Assembly (NCBI GenBank): GCA_035471925.1
Contig: DATIPO010000065.1
Coordinates: 9,340-73,339, forward strand
Reading direction: 5' to 3'
Origin: Acidobacteriota bacterium
GTDB lineage: Bacteria > Acidobacteriota > UBA6911 > RPQK01 > DATIPO01
Length of the DNA: 64,000 nucleotides
The position numbers were made by a program, and so were the translations under genes. Positions 19,243-27,516 of the stretch are shown piece by piece. Below the pieces are notes generated by a model. The model worked only from the letters and a program-made list of their open reading frames with translations, had not been told where the DNA came from and ran no database searches. Position 1 is the stretch's first letter, and each line of letters opens with the position of its first letter.

Positions 19243-21528
19243 ATGGCCCCATCCGCCTCATCTCTGCTCGACCAACTCAACGAGCCTCAGCGCGAGGCCG
19301 TGACCCACGAAGAAGGCCCCTTGCTCATCCTGGCTGGAGCCGGCAGCGGCAAGACCCGCACCCTCACCTACCGTGTCGCCCATCTGATCGCCACCCACGC
19401 CTGCGGTCCCGACCAGATCCTGGCCGTCACCTTTACCAACAAGGCGGCCGAAGAAATGCGTTCGAGGGTTCTCTCGCTGCTGCCGCCGATGGACCGCGTG
19501 CCGCTGGTCTGTACTTTTCACTCCTTCGGGGTGAGGGTCCTGCGCCGCTACGCCAGCCGCGTGGGCTACCGCAACGACTTCAACATCTGCGATGCCGACG
19601 ATCAGCACCGCCTCTACAAGGGCATCTACAAAGAGATGGATCTCAACGACAAGGAGATCCGCATCGCCGAGGCCCGCTCGGTGATTTCCAGGGCCAAGAA
19701 CAAGGGATGGGGGCCGGATCAGTTGGCCAAGGACGGGCACCGCTCCGATTGCGAGGTGCTGGCCCGCCTTTACCGCCGTTACCAGCAGGTGCTGCGCCAG
19801 TCCAACGCCGTCGACTTCGACGACCTGATTCTGCTGACCGTCCATCTGCTGCAGGAAAATGAAGACGTCTGCTACCGCTATGGCGAGTGGTACCGCCACC
19901 TGCTTATCGACGAGTACCAGGACACCAATTTTCCTCAATACGAGCTGATCAAGGCCCTCACCTGCACGCACGACAATCTCTGTGCGGTGGGCGACGAAGA
20001 CCAGTCCATCTACGGCTTCCGGGGAGCCGAGATCGACAACATCCTGCGCTTCGAGAAGGACTTTCCCGGCACCCGCCTGATTAAGCTGGAGCAAAACTAC
20101 CGCTCCACCCAGCTCATCCTGGATGCTGCTGGGGCGGTCGTGTCCAACAACCAGCAGCGCAAGGGAAAGACGCTCTGGACCGAGCGCAAGAGCGGACCCA
20201 AGATCGATCTCTACGTGGCCGCCAACGCCTCCGATGAGGCCCGCTGGGTAGCCGAAAAGATCGAAGCCTGCCGACGCCGGGGAGTGGAACGCATCGCCGT
20301 GCTCTACCGCACCAACTTCCTCTCCCGCCAGTTCGAGGAAGCGCTGCGCCAGCGCCGCATTCCCTATCGCCTGATCGGGGGCGTCAGCTTCTATTCGCGC
20401 AAGGAAATCAAAGATGCCCTGGCCTACTTGCGCATGGCCCGCAATCCCGACGACAACGTCTCTCTTCTGCGCGTCATCAACGAGCCTTCGCGAGGTATCG
20501 GGAACAAGACGCTGGAACAGCTTCAGAGCTTGGCCTCCGAACACGATGGAAGCTTGTGGAAGGCTCTTGAGGCGGGACTCGGAGATCAACGCTTCCCAGG
20601 ACGGGCTCACCGCTGCCTCAACGCTTTCCGCGAAATCATCGGCAAGTCAGCCGAGGCCTTGGAAAAGCCTCTTCCATCGGCTCTGGAGCGCATTCTCTCG
20701 GTCAGCGGCTACGTCAGAGCCCTGGAATCGGAAGGGACGCCGGAAGCCGACAGCCGGCTGGAGAACCTCAAAGAACTGATCAACGTGGCTCGTGAAGTCG
20801 AAGCCGCCGACCTGGACGTCCAGCAATTCCTGGACGAGGCCGCCTTGCGCGCCGACACCGACGAGTACGACGCCAGGGCCCCCGTCACCCTGATGACCCT
20901 GCACAATGCCAAGGGGCTGGAGTTCGAGACGGTGTTTCTGGCGGGATGCGAAGAAGGGCTCTTCCCCCATGCCCGCTCGCTGGCCGAGAACGATATTGAG
21001 GAGGAGCGCAGGCTCTGCTACGTGGGCATGACCCGGGCCGAACGCAAGCTGCACCTCAGCTACTCGCGGCGCCGGCGTTTTTACGGCAGCGACGCCAATG
21101 AATTCAACCAGCCCTCTCAGTTCCTCCACGAGATTCCCGGAGAACTGGTTGAAAGTCACAGGTCTCCGCTGTTGGGCTACGCTTCGCCCTATGAAACGGG
21201 CTATCAGGGCGCGGCTTCACCATCATCCTCGGGGCGCCTCTTTCCCAGGGCGGCCTCGCCTTCAGAGCGCAGCAAGCCCAAGGCGGCCTTCTCGGGCATG
21301 ACGCTCAATACCAAGCAAGACGTTCAGGGCTACCTCGACAAGATGCACAAGCAGAAGGGGTCGGGAAAGGCCTTGCGGCGGGGAGCGTTCGTCGAGCACG
21401 CCAAGTGGGGCCGCGGCAAGGTGCTCTCGGTTGAGCCCAGCAAGGGCGACGACCTCAAAGTTACGGTCCGATTCTCTCAAGGCATCAAGAAGCTGATGCA
21501 AAGCTACGCTAAACTTCGCGTGCTCTAG
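19243..21528 (+). CDS. uvrD: ATP-dependent DNA helicase, UvrD/PcrA family
   Basis: LNEPQREAV, Walker A AGAGSGKT, helicase motifs throughout, and a C-terminal Tudor-like tail. Confidence 0.9.
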   Translation: MAPSASSLLDQLNEPQREAVTHEEGPLLILAGAGSGKTRTLTYRVAHLIATHACGPDQILAVTFTNKAAEEMRSRVLSLLPPMDRVPLVCTFHSFGVRVLRRYASRVGYRNDFNICDADDQHRLYKGIYKEMDLNDKEIRIAEARSVISRAKNKGWGPDQLAKDGHRSDCEVLARLYRRYQQVLRQSNAVDFDDLILLTVHLLQENEDVCYRYGEWYRHLLIDEYQDTNFPQYELIKALTCTHDNLCAVGDEDQSIYGFRGAEIDNILRFEKDFPGTRLIKLEQNYRSTQLILDAAGAVVSNNQQRKGKTLWTERKSGPKIDLYVAANASDEARWVAEKIEACRRRGVERIAVLYRTNFLSRQFEEALRQRRIPYRLIGGVSFYSRKEIKDALAYLRMARNPDDNVSLLRVINEPSRGIGNKTLEQLQSLASEHDGSLWKALEAGLGDQRFPGRAHRCLNAFREIIGKSAEALEKPLPSALERILSVSGYVRALESEGTPEADSRLENLKELINVAREVEAADLDVQQFLDEAALRADTDEYDARAPVTLMTLHNAKGLEFETVFLAGCEEGLFPHARSLAENDIEEERRLCYVGMTRAERKLHLSYSRRRRFYGSDANEFNQPSQFLHEIPGELVESHRSPLLGYASPYETGYQGAASPSSSGRLFPRAASPSERSKPKAAFSGMTLNTKQDVQGYLDKMHKQKGSGKALRRGAFVEHAKWGRGKVLSVEPSKGDDLKVTVRFSQGIKKLMQSYAKLRVL

Positions 21529-21661
21529 GCCCGCATTTCTCACGGGCCAGGGCCATCTCCTGCGATGCGGCGAGTCCCACGTCACCGGCAGCGACTCTGT
21601 ACAAGTTCACCCTCCAGTCAGGTTTGCCTGAGCTATGTCCTCGGCGGCAGGAACCCGCTGT

Positions 21662-22486
21662 CTACTGGATGGCGTCTTCAGCGTCGAGGAAAATCGGGGT
21701 GTCGAGTTCCTCTGGCCACACGGGTTGCCAGGGGTCCTGTGCCCAAGGATTGGTGCGGCAACGCTCCAGATATTCGTCGACCAGAGGGCGGACCTGGGGC
21801 GGGTCCTGAGTCAAGGCTGCCAGAATCAGTCCTGAATAGGGCACCGCGGGATCGGCCTGGGGGTGCATGCGCTGCAAAGCGGCTCGAAAAGCCTGAGAGG
21901 CCTGTTCAGATTGGCCGCTTTCCAGATGAGTGCGACCCAGCAAAAGGTAGACCCGCGAGGTGTCGGGACCGAGCCGGCGCGCCTGCTCCAGAAAGACACG
22001 GGCTTGTTCGGGTTGCCCGTCCTCGATCAGGGTTTCGCCCAGGGCCATCAGCAGCATGCGTCGGTGGGGGCGCTCTGCGGCCAGCCGGGTCAGCAGGGCA
22101 ACTGCGGCCGACGTTTCGCCCCGTCCCCGCAGGCACTGGGCCTTCAGGAAGAGCCGTTCAGGAGCCGACGAAGAAGCGGCCATCCAGTAAGCGCTTTCCA
22201 GAGCCTGTTGGGCCTCCTGAGAGGTGGGCGCGGTCAGGGCCGTCAGGTAGTGGGCCAGCGCATCGGAGGGAGCGCCGCGCAGAGCCTGTTGGGCCATCGG
22301 CGCCAACAGCGCCTTGGGCTGGGAGATCTCCAACCCGTGCAGGACCAACTCGGCCATTTCGAGAGTTTCAGGAGAATGTTGGGCGGAGGCGAAGACCGGT
22401 CCGTCGGCGGCCACATCCTTGGCCCAAGCCGGGACCAGCAACAACGCCAGCAAGATTAGCGTGAGCGTTCGCGGAATCATCGTCAT
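21662..22486 (-). CDS. secreted TPR-repeat protein
   Basis: Start at MTMIPRTLTLILLALLLVPAWA (signal peptide) followed by TPR-like repeats. Confidence 0.6.
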   Translation of the reverse strand: MTMIPRTLTLILLALLLVPAWAKDVAADGPVFASAQHSPETLEMAELVLHGLEISQPKALLAPMAQQALRGAPSDALAHYLTALTAPTSQEAQQALESAYWMAASSSAPERLFLKAQCLRGRGETSAAVALLTRLAAERPHRRMLLMALGETLIEDGQPEQARVFLEQARRLGPDTSRVYLLLGRTHLESGQSEQASQAFRAALQRMHPQADPAVPYSGLILAALTQDPPQVRPLVDEYLERCRTNPWAQDPWQPVWPEELDTPIFLDAEDAIQ

Positions 22487-22743
22487 CGTACTGCCTATTC
22501 CAATAACCCAGCGGACCTCCCACGATCCTGTCACTTTCACTGACGAGCGATGATTGCCCGTCGTTCCGAATATACGACGGTGTTCCCATGGAAATTCGAT
22601 GAATCGACGGGGTCGCCCCGGGCACCTCTCACCAATGGGGATGAAAATCGGCCTCATCGGGAAATGCGGCTGCAGTGTCGATTTTGAGGCGGCTCGTTCG
22701 TCAAGGGGGTGAAAGACAGAGTTATGACTTCGAGGAGACAACA

Positions 22744-23304
22744 ATGAAAAGGAGAAACCAAACCATGAGAAAGTGGATTACGCCCATGGCCGCGCTGATG
22801 CTGACGGCTTTTCTGTCGTTGACCTGGACGGTCGGCTGGGCCGGCGATGCCGGCACGCCTTCCCAAAGCGTGGTTGACGCGTTCGAGAAACTGAAGTCGT
22901 TGGAGGGCACCTGGAAGGGCACCAACGGCCAAGGCGAAGAGGTCGAATTGACCTTCGAGCTGACCGGCAACGGAAGCGCTGTCTACAGCCGCTACAGCGT
23001 CAACGGGACGGAACACGAGCACGACATGGCGACCGTGTATCACCTGGAGGGTGCGCGTCTGATGCTGACCCACTATTGCGCCATGGCAAATCAGCCCCGC
23101 ATGATTTCCACCAGCGGACTGCAAGGCAACGCTCTCCAGTTTCAGTTCCTGGACGTGGGGAACGCCGATGCGTCCAAGGATGGACACATGCACAAGGCGG
23201 CCTACCAGTTCCTGTCCGACAACCACTTCACCACGGATTGGACCTGGTTCGAGGGCGGTGAGTCGCGCTTCACCGCCACTGTCGACGTCAAGCGCGTCAA
23301 ATAA
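22744..23304 (+). CDS. secreted hypothetical protein
   Basis: MKRRNQTMRKWITPMAALMLTAFLSL signal peptide followed by a beta-rich domain. RBS aaggag lies before the second ATG. Confidence 0.5.
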   Translation: MKRRNQTMRKWITPMAALMLTAFLSLTWTVGWAGDAGTPSQSVVDAFEKLKSLEGTWKGTNGQGEEVELTFELTGNGSAVYSRYSVNGTEHEHDMATVYHLEGARLMLTHYCAMANQPRMISTSGLQGNALQFQFLDVGNADASKDGHMHKAAYQFLSDNHFTTDWTWFEGGESRFTATVDVKRVK

Positions 23305-23394
23305 AACGCCCTTCCCGGATTCGTCCGGGGGTGCGGCGAAGGGTGGATCCCCGATTTGTCTTCCGACAAAACCGCCCTTCGCCGATTCTCTCCT

Positions 23395-23630
23395 TGCAGG
23401 GAATTGGCCAACGCTTAGTGCAGCGAGTCCCCTTCAAGCCGTCCTTCAACGCTATTCCACGCTTTCAGCGTTAAGAGATGTGGTCCCCTTGAACCCAGGG
23501 TGGCGCCGTCGTCTCGCTTCGCTCGAGGCGGCTGACCCTTGGGCTGGCATATGGCTCGCCTACAGCGAGCTTTCAACACAGCCGCCGGGCTGAAGTGTGG
23601 CTCGCCTGAGCGAGCCCGGACTCTTCAACA
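23395..23630 (-). repeat. Structured intergenic repeat element, copy 2 (inverted orientation)
   Basis: The reverse complement contains gctcgctgtaggcgagccatatgccagcccaagggtcagcc and aacgctgaaagcgtggaatagcgt. These nearly match copies 1 and 3. Confidence 0.55.
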
Positions 23631-23671
23631 CTGGTTTTGAAGGCCGGGCCCGTCACTCTGCGGCTTTCTCG

Positions 23672-26600
23672 TTAGTCCTCGTCTGATGGGTCGGCGTTCC
23701 ACCACCAGAAGGGGGCGACTTCCTCTTCCTGAGGATAAATCTTCTTGAGGGTGTCCCCCTCGAAGAGTTCGCCGTTTTTCATCACCCAGCGGACGCTGTT
23801 GGTGTTGCGGATGTCCTGCAGCGGATCCTGATCCAGAATCACCAGGTCGGCCAGCTTGCCTTCGGTGATGCTTCCCAGATCCTGCTGGAGGCCGACGATT
23901 TCGGCACCGTCGATGGTGGCGGCCTTGAGGACTTCGCGGGGCGTCATTCCGCCCATGCCCAGCGACCACATCTCCCAGTGATAGCCCAGCCCCTGCAACT
24001 GGCCGTGTCCGCCCACGCCCACCAGTCCGCCGGCGCGCTGGACTTGAGCGGCCGCGGCAGCATGACGGGGAAAGGCGTGCTCGTCCTCCCGGAACCAGGG
24101 ACGCCTCTTGGTCAAGCGGTCGATCTCATTGTGAGGCACGAAACGATTGATCTTGGCGTCGTCGTGGACTTCGGTAGTGGTGTAGAAGTAATTCTCGGCC
24201 CAAGGACCTCCGTAGAGCACCAGCAGCGTCGGCGTGTAAGCGCAGCGGGTCTGGGCAAAGAGCTCCACCACGTCTTTGAAGAGGGGGACGATGGGCAGCG
24301 AATGCTCGTTTCCGCCGAAGCCGTCGATGGCGTGGGTCATGTCCAGCTTGAGGTCGAGAGCGCCTTCGGTAGTGACCGTCATTTCCAGTTCATTGGCGGC
24401 TTTGACAACCCACTGGCGCTGCTTGCGGTTGCCCACCACGTAGCTCTTAAGGTTGTTGTTCCTGTAGTAGCGCTTGTAGCGCTCCAGCACGTGGTAGGCC
24501 GACTCGTAGTCCTGGAAGTTGGTGTTGGAAAAGACCCCCGGCCCGGTGGAATGGGCGCGCGGGCCCAGCATGATGCCGGCCTGCACCATGTCGAGGTAAG
24601 CCAGATAGTCGTTGGTTGAGGTCTGGACGTCGAGTCCGGTGGTGACGCCGTAGGCCAGGTTGGCCAGGAAGCTCCAGTTGTGGAGTTCCAGCACGCCCTC
24701 GGTACGCATCTCGTAATGGGCGTGGGTGTCGATGAAGCCGGGAACCACGTACTTGCCCGCGAGATCGAAGACGCGGGCCTGGGACGGGACCTGCAGATCC
24801 TTGCCCACGGCCTTGATGCGGTTGTCCTCGATCAGGATGTCGGCGTCCTCCAGCACTTCGTCGCCGTTCATGGTGATGACCGTGGCGCCTCGCAGAACAA
24901 CCGTCCCCTCGGGCTTGTGGCGTGGAAACTCGATGACGACTTCGTAAGACTCGACGTTCTCGTCCTCTTCCTTGGCCTCGAACTTCTCCTCTTCGTTCTG
25001 GCCGTCGTCGGCTTCCGCGTCTTGGTTTTCCTCGCCTTCCTCCGGTGTTTCTTCGGCATCCGATTCGTCGTCGCCTTCTTCTTCGGCTTGGTCATCCTCC
25101 TCGTCGTCTTTCTTGGGACTGAAGTCGATGGAATCGAAGGGACGGCGGAAGAAAGTCGAGCCCATCGACCAAGTGACGGTCTTGCCTTGGTCGGCCCACT
25201 GATAGGAGTCGGCTCCGACGTCGGTCAGTCGCTTGGCGGGCAGAGTGCCCGAGTCGACGTTGATGCTGGGTGCGCTTCCGGTGGGGGGAGGCACGGCCGT
25301 GACGTAGAGCTGGTGGTTGACGCGGGCCAGGGCCCAGCGTCCGTCGGGAGAGATGCGGACATCCTGGGCAGCCGGCGGACGCCTGGAACGGGGCGTGGAG
25401 CGTCCCGTGACCTTGAGGTGGTTGCGCCGGTCGGTGCCGTCGTAGCGCATGGAGACGAGTCCGTCGCGTGAGTAGAAGTAGACTCGGTCGTCCTCGGGAC
25501 CGAAGTGAGGCACGCCCAGTCCGCGGGCGGGGACGATGAGCTGCACCTGGCCGCCTTCCGAAGGCAGCCACACCAAGTCGAGGGAAATGCGCAGTCCGCC
25601 GAATTCGCTGGGAGTCTGAGTGCGCATCCAGGCATTGCCCCGGCGGGCCACGATGCGGCTTCCGTCAGGCGAAAAAACGGGATCGGTGTAGAAGGCCGGA
25701 GTCTGGGTCAGACGCTGAGGCGTCCCCCCGGCTGCCGGACGCTTCCAGATGTGGCCGGTGCCGTCGGCAATCCAGGTGACGTAGACGATCCACTGCCCGT
25801 CGGGCGAGAAGGAGGGCTTGAATTCATTGGCGTTGTCTTGGGTCAGGCGGCGCGGTGTTTTCTCTTCCAGATTCATCTCGTAAAGATGCCCCATGGCCGA
25901 GAAAACGATGCGCTCGCCCTCAGGTGACTGGACGGGATCGAAGATGAGGCGCGAACGCACCGGCCCATCCCCGATCTTGCGCTGGAAGTTGAGCCGCGGT
26001 CCGATGTCGAGCGAAACATCGGCGCTGAAGGCGATCTCGCTGGAATCTCCGCTGCTGATGTCGATGCGGTGGATCTTGCCGTCGTAGGTGACGATCAGGG
26101 AGTCGCCGTCGGGAGTAAAGGCATAGGAAGGGAAGAGGTCGCGGCTTCCCCGCGATTCCATGTCGTCGCGCTGGACGGGGTACTTCAGCCAGCGGTCCTG
26201 TCCCGAGTCGAGGTTGCGGATGCGCAGTCCCGTCTCGGCCTCGTAGCGGGTACCGTAGACGAGGTGCTTGCCATCGGGCGAGATGAGGGGCCGGAAGGCT
26301 CCCCCCTGAGCCTGAGTGACACGGTCGCTTTCGCCGCTGATCATGTCGCGGCGGTGGATCTCCCAGTCGAAGGACATCTGGTTGTAGACGCTGCCGCCTC
26401 CGCGTTGGGCGTAGTAGAGGAAGCGTCCGTCGGGAGAGACGGCAGCCCCCATCTTGCGGTCGCCGCCCCGGCCTCCGCCGCCCGGTCCGTCGTCGTCCTC
26501 CTCGTCTCCCGTGACCTTGATGCCCGATCCGCCGTTGACGTGGTACATGTAGATGTCCACCCCGCGGTCGCTCTTGGTCACCAGCACATACTGGCTGTCC

Positions 26601-27028
26601 GGCATCCAGGCCGGGGAGATGATGGAATTGGACTTCTCTTTCGACAGTTGGCGCGGATCGCTGCCGTCAGCCTGGGCCACCCAGAGATTCTCGGCTCCGT
26701 CCCGGTCGGAGATGAAGGCGATCCATTTCCCGTCGGGCGAATAGCGGGGCTGGCTGTCGAAACCCATGCCTTCGGTCAGGCGCTGGGCCGTCCCACCCTC
26801 GATGGGGACGCTGTAGAGGTCGCCCACCAACTCGAAGACGATGTTCTGGCCGTCGGGCGAGACATCCAGCGACATCCAGGTCACTTCGTCGGTGGTGAAT
26901 TCGACCTGCCGGACCGGCTCCAGAGGCAGGTCCTTCTTCTCTTTCTTGTCGTCCCGCTGAGCCAAAGCCGATCCCGCGATCAGCAGCAACACTATCGTCC
27001 AAACAGAAAACCGTTCAACACTCTTCAT
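23672..27028 (-). CDS. secreted TolB-like beta-propeller (PD40 repeats) fused to a metal-dependent amidohydrolase
   Basis: 1118 aa: a signal peptide, WD40/PD40-like repeats, a ~60-aa acidic linker (DEEDDQAEEEGDDESDAEE...), then an amidohydrolase core (GFIDTHAHYEM...). Confidence 0.8.
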   Translation of the reverse strand: MKSVERFSVWTIVLLLIAGSALAQRDDKKEKKDLPLEPVRQVEFTTDEVTWMSLDVSPDGQNIVFELVGDLYSVPIEGGTAQRLTEGMGFDSQPRYSPDGKWIAFISDRDGAENLWVAQADGSDPRQLSKEKSNSIISPAWMPDSQYVLVTKSDRGVDIYMYHVNGGSGIKVTGDEEDDDGPGGGGRGGDRKMGAAVSPDGRFLYYAQRGGGSVYNQMSFDWEIHRRDMISGESDRVTQAQGGAFRPLISPDGKHLVYGTRYEAETGLRIRNLDSGQDRWLKYPVQRDDMESRGSRDLFPSYAFTPDGDSLIVTYDGKIHRIDISSGDSSEIAFSADVSLDIGPRLNFQRKIGDGPVRSRLIFDPVQSPEGERIVFSAMGHLYEMNLEEKTPRRLTQDNANEFKPSFSPDGQWIVYVTWIADGTGHIWKRPAAGGTPQRLTQTPAFYTDPVFSPDGSRIVARRGNAWMRTQTPSEFGGLRISLDLVWLPSEGGQVQLIVPARGLGVPHFGPEDDRVYFYSRDGLVSMRYDGTDRRNHLKVTGRSTPRSRRPPAAQDVRISPDGRWALARVNHQLYVTAVPPPTGSAPSINVDSGTLPAKRLTDVGADSYQWADQGKTVTWSMGSTFFRRPFDSIDFSPKKDDEEDDQAEEEGDDESDAEETPEEGEENQDAEADDGQNEEEKFEAKEEDENVESYEVVIEFPRHKPEGTVVLRGATVITMNGDEVLEDADILIEDNRIKAVGKDLQVPSQARVFDLAGKYVVPGFIDTHAHYEMRTEGVLELHNWSFLANLAYGVTTGLDVQTSTNDYLAYLDMVQAGIMLGPRAHSTGPGVFSNTNFQDYESAYHVLERYKRYYRNNNLKSYVVGNRKQRQWVVKAANELEMTVTTEGALDLKLDMTHAIDGFGGNEHSLPIVPLFKDVVELFAQTRCAYTPTLLVLYGGPWAENYFYTTTEVHDDAKINRFVPHNEIDRLTKRRPWFREDEHAFPRHAAAAAQVQRAGGLVGVGGHGQLQGLGYHWEMWSLGMGGMTPREVLKAATIDGAEIVGLQQDLGSITEGKLADLVILDQDPLQDIRNTNSVRWVMKNGELFEGDTLKKIYPQEEEVAPFWWWNADPSDED

Positions 27029-27125
27029 GACTGCTTACCCTCCTTTGAGCAACTACATTACGCGCAGCGGCAATGAAAGGCAACGCCGGATTGGCGCCAC
27101 ACTGGAGGAGACCGGCAAGTTTATA

Positions 27126-27153
27126 TTGACAGGTATATACTCATCGATATATT
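27126..27153 (+). promoter_or_regulatory. Candidate sigma70 promoter of the PadR gene (TTGACA-16-TATATT), near-leaderless
   Basis: TTGACAggtatatactcatcgaTATATT ends 9 nt before the ATG at 27163. Confidence 0.4.
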
Positions 27154-27162
27154 CTACGCCTC

Positions 27163-27516
27163 ATGGCGAAGAAAGACGAGACGCTCAAGCCGCACTGGTT
27201 TCAGATCCTCCTGGCGCTGGGAGAGCGCGATCTTCACGGCTTGGGGATCATGCAGGACGTGCTGGAGCGCACCCAGGGCACGATGCACCTGTGGCCGGGG
27301 ATGCTGTACGGAGCACTCAAGGACCTGAGCGAACGGGGACTGATCGAAGAAGTCGAAGCGCCCAAGGACGCTGAGACAGGGGGCGGCAAGCCGCGTTTTT
27401 ACCAGTTGACCGAAGAGGGCCGGCGCCAAGCTTCGGCTGAGGCCCGCAAGCTGGAGTCCTACGTCGAGGCGGCCCGCTCGCGCAGACTGCTGGAACAGAA
27501 AGGGGAAGGCCGATGA
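27163..27516 (+). CDS. PadR-family transcriptional regulator
   Basis: HWFQILLALGERDLHGLGIMQDV...GMLYGALKDLSERGLIE; 4-nt overlap with the downstream permease. Confidence 0.85.
   Translation: MAKKDETLKPHWFQILLALGERDLHGLGIMQDVLERTQGTMHLWPGMLYGALKDLSERGLIEEVEAPKDAETGGGKPRFYQLTEEGRRQASAEARKLESYVEAARSRRLLEQKGEGR

Noticed and set aside
19258-20610. 450-aa minus-strand ORF across the uvrD region
   Set aside because: Antisense to a high-confidence UvrD/PcrA helicase. Its amino-acid composition (Gly/Ala/Val/Leu runs) is typical of GC-rich shadow frames and it has no motifs.
21565-22464. 299-aa Pro/Arg-rich plus-strand ORF and several nested ORFs
   Set aside because: Antisense to the secreted TPR gene 21662..22486. 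Composition is typical of a high-GC alternative frame.
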